Virus record (IMG/VR): IMGVR_UViG_3300020043_006997
Coordinates: 1 to 26,396 of that record
Source: a virus
Taxonomy: Duplodnaviria; Caudoviricetes
Strand: one strand, 5' to 3'
DNA length: 26,396 nt
This document shows positions 18,880-26,396 of the stretch, piece after piece. Made by a program: the position numbers and the translations under genes. The notes under the pieces are model-generated. The model did no database searches and was not told the DNA's origin. It saw only the letters and a program-made list of their open reading frames with translations. How positions within the stretch are numbered: position 1 is the first letter of the stretch; each line of letters begins with the position of its first letter.

Positions 18880-19188
18880 ATGCCCATCCCTAATAAAAGA
18901 GCAACAGAATCAAGAGACGAATACGTTGGTCGCTGTATTTCAGAACTATCAAACGAGTATCCACAAGATCAAGCTGCAGCTATATGCTATAATCAGCTTA
19001 AAAAAGTGAATATGGCAGAAGAAGCACCAGCTATTCCTCAAGAAGAAATCGACTATTGCCTAGCAATGTTGAAAGGCCAAAATCCTACTTACGTAGGACC
19101 AGGTGCACTAAAGATTTGTATCGCGCGTTTAACCGCGAAAAAAGCAAATCAAGAATACTATGGTATAAGTGATAATAAAGGCGAATAA
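18880..19188 (+). CDS. Small head-module protein (two Cys-containing helical repeats)
   Basis: MPIP...EYVGRCISEL...QAAAICY, then YCLAML...KICIARL. Confidence 0.6.
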   Translation: MPIPNKRATESRDEYVGRCISELSNEYPQDQAAAICYNQLKKVNMAEEAPAIPQEEIDYCLAMLKGQNPTYVGPGALKICIARLTAKKANQEYYGISDNKGE

Positions 19189-19209
19189 AACCGATATTTA
19201 AACGGAATA

Positions 19210-19231
19210 ATACCATATGTATACCATATGT
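19210..19231 (+). repeat. Tandem 11-mer ATACCATATGT x2 containing TATGTAT, upstream of scaffold/capsid
   Basis: 19210-19220 and 19221-19231; TATGTAT spans the junction (19216-19222). Confidence 0.6.
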
Positions 19232-19265
19232 TAATAAACATTAATCTTAAAAAAATAATAATCCT

Positions 19266-19922
19266 ATGACATCAAACGAACTTAAAGCTCTTGTCAAGGA
19301 ATATTTTAACCTTACCGAAATGACATTTGGAGAAATCTTCGACGAAAACAAAGCATTCAAGATTGTTTTCGAAGGTGATACTCTAGAAGTTGGTAAAAAA
19401 GTTAAAGTAGTAACCACTGAAGGTCAAGAAATGGACGCTCCAGACGGTTTCCACAAACTTGAAAACGGTGAAACCATCAAAACTGAAGGTTCAGTAGTAG
19501 TAGAAATCGCTAAGTCTGAGGACATGCTAGAGGAAACTTTAGAAGGCGGTAAAAAGATTGCTGACGTAGAGATGGCTGAGGTTAGAATCCCTGATGTAGT
19601 AGAGCAGTTCCCAGTAGAAGTACAACGCGGAGCTGAGTACGAGAAGCCAATGGCACAACAAATGGAGACTGAAGAAGACGTAATGGCACAAGATGCTATC
19701 GTTAAATCAATCGCTGAAGCCGTTGCTGGTCAACTCGAAGAAATGAAAAAAGAAATGGCAAAAATGAAGGAAAAGATGGAGAAAATGTCCGCTGAACCTG
19801 CTGCCGAAAAAACCCTTCCAACTAATAAAAAGTTTAGTTTGGAAACTTCTGTAGATGCCCCATTACAGGCTGGCCGCTACGAAATGATGAAGAATATTCT
19901 AAAAACCAAAAAATCTAAATAA
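19266..19922 (+). CDS. Probable capsid scaffold protein
   Basis: Acidic; APDGFHKLENGETIKTEG motif; C-terminal coiled coil; directly before the capsid gene. Confidence 0.7.
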   Translation: MTSNELKALVKEYFNLTEMTFGEIFDENKAFKIVFEGDTLEVGKKVKVVTTEGQEMDAPDGFHKLENGETIKTEGSVVVEIAKSEDMLEETLEGGKKIADVEMAEVRIPDVVEQFPVEVQRGAEYEKPMAQQMETEEDVMAQDAIVKSIAEAVAGQLEEMKKEMAKMKEKMEKMSAEPAAEKTLPTNKKFSLETSVDAPLQAGRYEMMKNILKTKKSK

Positions 19923-19924
19923 CT

Positions 19925-20863
19925 ATGAGCTTAAACGTAGCCGCACTTAGTGACTTTAACAACCAGATTGCTGGTGAGTTAGTCCTTAAGATGGTTTATG
20001 CTGGTAGCACTATCGAGTACGTAACTGTACAAGAAGGTGTTAAGTACCAGGAACCAATCAACCTATTCGAGGTTAGCTTGTACATGAACAACAGCACTTG
20101 TGTTAGCACTGCTTCAGGTTCAGCAACCTTCACTCAACGTAACATCACAGTATGTCCACGTACCTCTTTCGATGCACTTTGCTTGAAAGATCTTGACAAA
20201 AAGTACCTAGGTATCTCTTCTCTTGACAGAGGTTCTTACAACGAAACTTGGGCACTTGCAAACGCTTATTCTGAGCTATTGGTTAACCAGTTCCAGAAAG
20301 CTAACGACTTCTTCTTATGGCAACAAGTTTCTGGTAGCTACTCTACTTACGGTGGTACTTGCGAAACTTCAGGTCTTCTTCGCATCATCACTGGTTCTAC
20401 TTCAGGTGTTGTTCCTGTACCAGTAAATGCTGCTTCAATGAGCGCAGCTAATGCTCTTACTACTATGGATACTATGATCGCTACTTCATCTGCTGATGTT
20501 GCTGATCGTGATGACTTGACATTCTTCATGTCAGTTACTAACTTCCGTAACTACGTAGCTGCTCTTCGTGCTGCTAACAACTTCTACTTTGACCCATCTT
20601 CTATCACTAACCGTGGTGGTCTTTACGAGATGGCTTATCCGTTCCAACCAAACATTAAGGTTGTTGGTACAGTAGGTCTTCAGGGTTCAAACCGTGTAGT
20701 ATTCGGTCCTGCTAAACAAATCGTTGTAGGTACTGACTTGTTAAGCGACTTTACAGAGTTCCAACTTTGGTACGATATCAACACTGACACTCTTCGTCAC
20801 CGTATCTCTACTAAGTTAGGTGTTAACATCGCTTACCCTGAGTTCTGGGTATCAGGCGAATAA
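19925..20863 (+). CDS. Major capsid protein
   Basis: 312 aa after protease and scaffold; strong C-ending codon bias (TTC/AAC/TAC/ATC) typical of highly expressed genes; IVVGTDLLSDF...KLGVNIAYPE ending. Confidence 0.85.
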   Translation: MSLNVAALSDFNNQIAGELVLKMVYAGSTIEYVTVQEGVKYQEPINLFEVSLYMNNSTCVSTASGSATFTQRNITVCPRTSFDALCLKDLDKKYLGISSLDRGSYNETWALANAYSELLVNQFQKANDFFLWQQVSGSYSTYGGTCETSGLLRIITGSTSGVVPVPVNAASMSAANALTTMDTMIATSSADVADRDDLTFFMSVTNFRNYVAALRAANNFYFDPSSITNRGGLYEMAYPFQPNIKVVGTVGLQGSNRVVFGPAKQIVVGTDLLSDFTEFQLWYDINTDTLRHRISTKLGVNIAYPEFWVSGE

Positions 20864-20950
20864 TCAATCTTTGCTTGAGGGGGGGGATGCACTGCTCTCG
20901 CTGAACCCCTGATAGCTTTTCACTAATAAAAACATAAAACCAGAAAAACT

Positions 20951-21496
20951 ATGGCATGTGATATAACTTCAGGATTTACCCTTGGTTGCCGCGATAACGT
21001 CGGTTCAATCAAGCAAATCTACATTTTATCTGGTTCTGTTACTACCGTCAATGACGCAAGTGAAGGATTGATTAGCGGTATTACCGGTAGCGGTGTCTTT
21101 TATACTTTTGAACTATTCCGTGAGACTTCAGATTACGCCGAAAACGTAACTGTAGCTCCAGAGAATGGAACAGTTGTATATGAAGGTACTGTAAACGCTG
21201 TATTCTTTAAAATGCAGACTTCTACTCGTAACCAAATCAAAGTATTAGCTCAAAATCCTAACATCAAAATGATTGTTGAGACTAACAACGTAGGAAATAC
21301 TTCACAGTACATTTATGTAGGTGAGGAATACGGTTGTCAGTTGTTAACTTCAGCAGGAGGTACAGGTACCTTGTTTGGTGATAGAAACGGCTATACTTTA
21401 ACTTTCACAAGTAGAGAACCAAACCCAGCAGCTTTCATTTCAGCCTCTAGCGAGACTCAGTTGTTAAGCCGCTTATCAGGAATCACCATTTCCTAA
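20951..21496 (+). CDS. Major tail (tube) protein
   Basis: MACDITSGFTLGCRDNVGSIKQIY...ENGTVVYE...GDRNGYTLTF; 181 aa, followed by a terminator-like hairpin; no sheath gene seen. Confidence 0.7.
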   Translation: MACDITSGFTLGCRDNVGSIKQIYILSGSVTTVNDASEGLISGITGSGVFYTFELFRETSDYAENVTVAPENGTVVYEGTVNAVFFKMQTSTRNQIKVLAQNPNIKMIVETNNVGNTSQYIYVGEEYGCQLLTSAGGTGTLFGDRNGYTLTFTSREPNPAAFISASSETQLLSRLSGITIS

Positions 21497-21506
21497 TAAC
21501 TAAAAT

Positions 21507-21550
21507 CGAGAAGGGGGTTATGTTCATTTGGAATGTAACCCCTCTTTTCG
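21507..21550 (+). terminator. Terminator-like hairpin after the tail tube gene
   Basis: GGGGGTTATGTTC/GAATGTAACCCCT stem (with G-U pairs), then CTTTT. Confidence 0.6.
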
Positions 21551-21567
21551 TATCTTAATATTTGCCT

Positions 21568-22011
21568 ATGTTTCAGTTAAGCAAATCGCAAACTACCAAT
21601 ACTGTAGCTTTTTACCCTAATGAAGTATTACCATCTGGAAGTAAAATCCAAATGGTATTCACTCAATCTTATAGTAATACAGTCACAGGTAGTTTCATAG
21701 CGGATGTAATATCAAACCCAGCAAATACTCCTTGGGTTATTGCTCAGTTTAGTGGTTCATTCCTTCCAAGTGCCTCTGGTCAATACACATTTGACATTTA
21801 TGAGGTTCTTATTGGAGGGCCATTGATATGGAACTTAGCTACATCTTCTTGGTCAAGCGAAATAACTACTTGGAATAGTTCAGGAGGAAGCCAAACAATA
21901 GGAGACCAAATATCAACAGAACGTGCTATTATCTCAGGTAGCGACGTTGAATCTTTAACAGAATATGTATCGCCAGACGAGAACGCCGCTTACATAACCT
22001 ACATTGGATAA
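21568..22011 (+). CDS. Small virion protein (head-tail region)
   Basis: ATG 21568 preferred over TTG 21562; S/T-rich beta protein between tail tube and portal. Confidence 0.6.
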   Translation: MFQLSKSQTTNTVAFYPNEVLPSGSKIQMVFTQSYSNTVTGSFIADVISNPANTPWVIAQFSGSFLPSASGQYTFDIYEVLIGGPLIWNLATSSWSSEITTWNSSGGSQTIGDQISTERAIISGSDVESLTEYVSPDENAAYITYIG

Positions 22012-22012
22012 T

Positions 22013-23284
22013 ATGGAAAAAAAGTTTCAGTTTCAAACAATCAATAAAGACGCTAGTGAACGTCAATATCCTACAGAAAAGAAAACAAAAGGATTCGTTC
22101 AATATGGCGTTTACAACGATTTTCCAGAATACCTTATATACTTATATAATAACTCTGCTATCAATAATACTTGTATTAACGCTATTGTTGATGGTATAGT
22201 TGGTGAAGGATTGGTTTGTGACCAATCTTCCTTATTAGATCAAGCAAACAATGAAGGAGAATCATGGAATGATATCTTTAAAAAAACAGCTTTAGATTAT
22301 AAGTTATACGGTGGTTTTGCTTGGGAAATAATATGGTCAAAAGACCGTTCAAGAATCGCTGAAATATACCATATTGATTTCTCTTGGACGCGTGCCAAAG
22401 AAAAGAATGAACGCGGTAAAATACCGGGATATTACATTAGTGACGAATGGGCAGAAAAATACAGATATGGAGGATATGGTAGTGGCTACAATATGAATGC
22501 CTCTACTGGAGTTGGAGTATTAGAAGATATCCCATTTTTACCTGTATTTAATCCTAAAAAATGTAACGAAGAACCAAAACAAATCTTTGTTTACAATCCG
22601 TACAGACCAGGCCAAAGATACTACCCATTGCCTGATTACGTAGGTGCTTTAAGAGTTATTGATTTAGACAGTGAGGTAGATAACTACCACATCAATAACA
22701 TTAAAAACGGTTTAGCACCGTCTTTATCTATTACTACCTTTACTAACGCTGATCCTGATCAACGTAATGATATTGAGCAAATGCTTCGTTTACAATATCA
22801 AGGTACTAATAATGCTGGTAATATGATTTATATGGATGTTGATTCTCCAGAGAATGCACCTAAAATCGAACCTATTCCAAACAATGGTAGTGATGATTAC
22901 TATATTGCTATAAACGATATGGTAGTACAAAAAATATTAACATCTCACCGTATTACCTCACCTATGATTTTAGGTATTAAGACTGAAGGACAACTTGGTG
23001 GAAGAGCAGAGGTAACAGATGCTTATCTATTATTAGTTAATACTGTGATTCGTCCTTTCCAACAAGTATTACTTGCTGAGATTGAGAACTTTTTACATTT
23101 AATGTACCCAGCTGCTGGTGAGTTTTCAGTAGGTGTACAACAACTAAAACTATTTAGTGATAACGAGGAAGAAGTAGATGTAGTTACTTCTGTAGAATCC
23201 GAAGCAGGCGAAGACAATATGTTAGAGGCCGAAATCGAGCAAAGTGATGCTCAATATATTAACGAAGGAACAGTATTAATCTAA
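22013..23284 (+). CDS. Portal protein
   Basis: YGVYNDFPEYL..LYNNSAINNTCI...DYKLYGGFA.EIIW...YYPLPDY...KILTSHRITSPMILGI; ATG 22013 lies 1 nt after the upstream TAA. Confidence 0.85.
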   Translation: MEKKFQFQTINKDASERQYPTEKKTKGFVQYGVYNDFPEYLIYLYNNSAINNTCINAIVDGIVGEGLVCDQSSLLDQANNEGESWNDIFKKTALDYKLYGGFAWEIIWSKDRSRIAEIYHIDFSWTRAKEKNERGKIPGYYISDEWAEKYRYGGYGSGYNMNASTGVGVLEDIPFLPVFNPKKCNEEPKQIFVYNPYRPGQRYYPLPDYVGALRVIDLDSEVDNYHINNIKNGLAPSLSITTFTNADPDQRNDIEQMLRLQYQGTNNAGNMIYMDVDSPENAPKIEPIPNNGSDDYYIAINDMVVQKILTSHRITSPMILGIKTEGQLGGRAEVTDAYLLLVNTVIRPFQQVLLAEIENFLHLMYPAAGEFSVGVQQLKLFSDNEEEVDVVTSVESEAGEDNMLEAEIEQSDAQYINEGTVLI

Positions 23285-23919
23285 TGGTAACAACACTAAT
23301 AATCTCAGAAGAAAAGTTACGTCAGTTTACTGATCTTAACAACAATCTTGATAGCGAACTGATTAAAAACGCGGTACGTGAAGCTCAAGACATTTACTTA
23401 CAGCGTTTAACTGGTACTTCGCTTTACGAATATATTTTAGGCCAGATTGATGCTAATACTTTAGTAAATCCTTATAAAAAGTTGGTTGATGATTTTATCC
23501 AACCAATGCTTATTTATGCTTCTTATTGGGAAGCTTTAGATGCGATTTATACTCGTCCACGCAATAATGGTTTATTACAGCCAACAGGGGGTGAAAATAG
23601 TGAAAAAGCAGACGGTACTTGGTACGATAGAAAAAGACAAGCTGCTAAAAATAAAATGGATTATTACGCTGAGCGTTTGACCAACTATTTGATTCAAAAC
23701 GAGAATGATTTTCCACAGCTAAATGATAATGGACCATTCTGGAAGCAATACCCAGATTATGGTTCACAATATCGTTCACCAATCGTGTTTAATAGAACAA
23801 CCCGCTCAGGACACTATGGACAAGCTGTAGCGGCTGGTTTAAGAATAGGTGATTCACGTTATCCTCAGTTTCCTTGGGGTACTAATGTGTTTTACCCTGG
23901 TCCAAGAGAATGCTGCTAA
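23284..23919 (+). CDS. Probable head-tail adaptor
   Basis: TAATG-coupled to portal; helical AQDIYLQRLTGTSLYE...IQPMLIY pattern. Confidence 0.55.
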   Translation: MVTTLIISEEKLRQFTDLNNNLDSELIKNAVREAQDIYLQRLTGTSLYEYILGQIDANTLVNPYKKLVDDFIQPMLIYASYWEALDAIYTRPRNNGLLQPTGGENSEKADGTWYDRKRQAAKNKMDYYAERLTNYLIQNENDFPQLNDNGPFWKQYPDYGSQYRSPIVFNRTTRSGHYGQAVAAGLRIGDSRYPQFPWGTNVFYPGPRECC

Positions 23920-23932
23920 AATAATATAGAAT

Positions 23933-26392
23933 ATGGGTCAAAATCTAACAGGACAAACAATCGCCTCTACTTATGAGGATTTAGTACAAATCTCAGGTAG
24001 TTTAAGAAACTTCCTTACTGATGGTACTGGTAGTGATATTACTTCTCTACAAGTAACAGCTTCACATGCTACAACTGCGGCTTCAGCAACTTCGGCCTCA
24101 TTTGCTACAACTGCTGCTTCAGCAACTTCAGCATCTTATGCTACAACTGCTTCATTTGCACTAAATGTAGTACCTACAAATACAGGTTCGTTAATGGTAA
24201 CCGGTAGTGTTTCTTCAAACACTTTAACCTTTACCAAAGGTGATGGTAGTACATTTGACTTAACAGTTAATACAGGTTCAGCCGTAACTACAAATACCGG
24301 TAGTTTATTAGTAACAGCGTCTATAAGCAATGCTACTACTACATTCACTAAAGGCGATGGTAGCACATTCGCTCTTACAGCTAATAACGTATCTAACGCG
24401 TCTACAGCATCATATGTTGCCTCAGCTGTACTAACAGGTTCAGTAGCCCAAAATACTCTTACATTTACTAAGTTTGATGGTTCAACTTTTAACTTAACAG
24501 TTAACACAGGTTCAGCAGTAACTACAAATACTGGTTCATTGATGGTAACTGGTAGTGTTGCTGGTAATGTTTTAACATTTACTAAAGGTAATGGTACAAC
24601 ATTTAACTTAACAGTTGATACTGGTTCAGCAGGTGCTACTCCTACTCTACAACAAGTAACTACAGCAGGAGCAACTACTTCAGCTAGTATTTCTATTACT
24701 GATGGTGGAACATTTACTGTTGATAATCAAACTAATGCTGCTTTATTAACTGTAACTAGTGATGGTTCAAACACTTATAACTCTACTATAAGATTAGGTG
24801 GTGGTTCAGGTGGTGGAGGTAATGCCTTCTTTGTTGAAATGCTCCCAGGTGACATTGCTCAGTTATATAGCGATGGTGGAGTTATTAGATTAAATAACAA
24901 TACTGAAGTAACAGGTTCAGTGAATGTTTCAGGTTCAGTATCTGCTTTATTGTCTTCTTCAGTCCAAAGTGATGCTGTTTATTACAACTCAACTACAGGA
25001 TTATTTACTTATGGTGCTGCCGCTAGTGGAGGTGGTGCAGCAGCTGGTCTTATTTCAGGTTCAGCACCTAGATCACTTATTTCAGCTAACTATCAACCTA
25101 CAGCCTCAGTAGCTTCAGGTACAGGCTCTATTGCTATAGGTAATAACGTACGAGTTGATAGTACAAACGAGTTTGCTTTAGGTACTAATATTACTTCTTC
25201 AGGTGGTGGTAACACTAACACTGTTGTAATAGGTGCTAATAATATCTTACAGGGTAATGTTGCTGATAGTATTTTGATTGGTAATAACCTATTAGCTCAA
25301 AATGGTAAAACTCAAATGGTTTACATTGGTTCTCAACCAGGTACTGAGTTTGCTAACCAACAATCAGTTGTTATAGGTTATAATGCTGGTGGTGCAGCTT
25401 CTACTGTAGCTGTAGGTTATGGAGCAAGTGGAGGAAATGATGCTGTTAACATTGGTAGAGATAGTAACTTAGGAGCACAAGGTTCAGTTTCTGTAGGTGC
25501 TACAGCTACCTCATTAGGAAATAACTGTGTAACCTTAGGATATGGAGCTGTTAACTCAGCAGGTAATGGTGCTATTACAATAGGAACAGGCCAAACAACC
25601 GCTATAGCTAATGAAATCAACATTGGAGGTAAGTTTAGATTCAATAGTGGTTCTAACGGTATTATTGAACTAAGAGATGACGTATCTGTATCAGGTTCAA
25701 TAACTGCTACATTATCTTCTTCAGTTGAAAGTGATGTTGTTTACTATAACTCAACTACTGGATTATTTACTTATGGTGCTCCTACTGGTGGTTCTACTCC
25801 TAACTTACAACAAGTAACTTCAGTTGGTGCTACAACTTCAGCAAGCGTTTCAATCACTGATGGTGGAATTTTCTCAGTAGACAACCAAGCAGGTAATGCT
25901 GATCTAGTTGTAACTAGTGATGGTTCAAATACTTACGCCTCTACTATTAGATTAGGTGGTGGTTCAGGTGGTGGAGGTAATAGCTTTTACTTAGAAATGC
26001 TTCCAGGTGACATTGCTAACTTACGTAGTGATGGAGGAATAATAACACTTAACAGCAATACTGAAGTAACAGGTAGCTTAAGAGGTGAAGTAAAAGCTCT
26101 AACAATCAGTTCAAATACAGCCTCTATGGACTGTTCAACTGGTAACTTCTTCACATTACAACTTGTAAGTGGAAGTAATACTCACATCAACCCAAGTAAC
26201 ATTAGACCTGGTCAAACTATTAACTTAAAGTTAGCTACAACAGGTTCAGGTACTGTAAGTTTCCCATCTTCAGTAAAACAAGTAAGTGGAAGTTCTTATG
26301 TACCAACTACTACAACTGGAACTGATATAGTAACATTTATTTCATTTGATTCTTCAGATCTATACCTAAATAACGTTAGAAATCTAGTTTAA
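23933..26392 (+). CDS. Repetitive fibre/adhesin-like virion protein
   Basis: ATTAASATSAS[FY] repeats, 4x LTFTKGDGSTF-type repeats, duplicated modules, YadA-head-like SIAIG/SVVIG/AVNIG repeats; C-terminal domain shared with 10006..15063. Confidence 0.75.
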   Translation: MGQNLTGQTIASTYEDLVQISGSLRNFLTDGTGSDITSLQVTASHATTAASATSASFATTAASATSASYATTASFALNVVPTNTGSLMVTGSVSSNTLTFTKGDGSTFDLTVNTGSAVTTNTGSLLVTASISNATTTFTKGDGSTFALTANNVSNASTASYVASAVLTGSVAQNTLTFTKFDGSTFNLTVNTGSAVTTNTGSLMVTGSVAGNVLTFTKGNGTTFNLTVDTGSAGATPTLQQVTTAGATTSASISITDGGTFTVDNQTNAALLTVTSDGSNTYNSTIRLGGGSGGGGNAFFVEMLPGDIAQLYSDGGVIRLNNNTEVTGSVNVSGSVSALLSSSVQSDAVYYNSTTGLFTYGAAASGGGAAAGLISGSAPRSLISANYQPTASVASGTGSIAIGNNVRVDSTNEFALGTNITSSGGGNTNTVVIGANNILQGNVADSILIGNNLLAQNGKTQMVYIGSQPGTEFANQQSVVIGYNAGGAASTVAVGYGASGGNDAVNIGRDSNLGAQGSVSVGATATSLGNNCVTLGYGAVNSAGNGAITIGTGQTTAIANEINIGGKFRFNSGSNGIIELRDDVSVSGSITATLSSSVESDVVYYNSTTGLFTYGAPTGGSTPNLQQVTSVGATTSASVSITDGGIFSVDNQAGNADLVVTSDGSNTYASTIRLGGGSGGGGNSFYLEMLPGDIANLRSDGGIITLNSNTEVTGSLRGEVKALTISSNTASMDCSTGNFFTLQLVSGSNTHINPSNIRPGQTINLKLATTGSGTVSFPSSVKQVSGSSYVPTTTTGTDIVTFISFDSSDLYLNNVRNLV

Positions 26393-26396
26393 TGTT
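26276..26396. repeat. 121-bp terminal direct repeat, copy 2
   Basis: Identical to 1-121. Confidence 0.97.

Noticed and set aside
345-25644. Other short alternative-frame ORFs (345, 643, 5303, 6239, 6821, 7766, 17024, 17155, 20223, 20347, 23023, 24136, 24924, 25417)
   Set aside because: They overlap well-supported genes and lack the upstream motif or compositional signal seen for 5266..5583.
24638-26077. Duplicated fibre modules as DGR template/variable repeats
   Set aside because: No reverse transcriptase in the genome, both copies are in-frame coding, and differences are not restricted to adenines.
1-26396. Stop-codon reassignment, tRNA genes, CRISPR arrays, integrase
   Set aside because: Genes tile densely under the standard bacterial code, and I saw no cloverleaf, repeat-spacer array or recombinase motifs.

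Overview
The window is an apparently complete circular(ly permuted) tailed-phage genome of 26,275 bp. Bases 1-121 repeat exactly at 26276-26396, and the last gene's TAA overlaps the ATG of the first gene across the junction. It is AT-rich (roughly 35% GC by eye), with A-rich leaders lacking Shine-Dalgarno sites, which suggests a Bacteroidota host. It encodes a full siphovirus-type virion kit (TerS/TerL, portal, XkdF-type prohead protease, scaffold, capsid, tail tube, -1 frameshifted tail chaperone, tape measure, tail tip and fibre proteins), an ECF-sigma-like factor and two leftward nuclease-fold genes. I could not recognise any replication, integration or endolysin gene. Notable signals: (1) near-total absence of AATT (one copy seen), maintained by synonymous codon choice; (2) heavy enrichment of an [S/T]-G-S motif in exposed virion proteins, a candidate modification sequon, with no modifying enzyme encoded; (3) a recurring TAT[T/G]TAT promoter-like motif just before start codons, which also marks a probable overprinted gene inside terL; (4) a multi-module protease polyprotein; (5) a 1-nt frameshift in a glycine-rich gene. 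Together these suggest a minimal, possibly helper-dependent phage. Product calls come from motif recognition and gene context, and all counts were made by hand.
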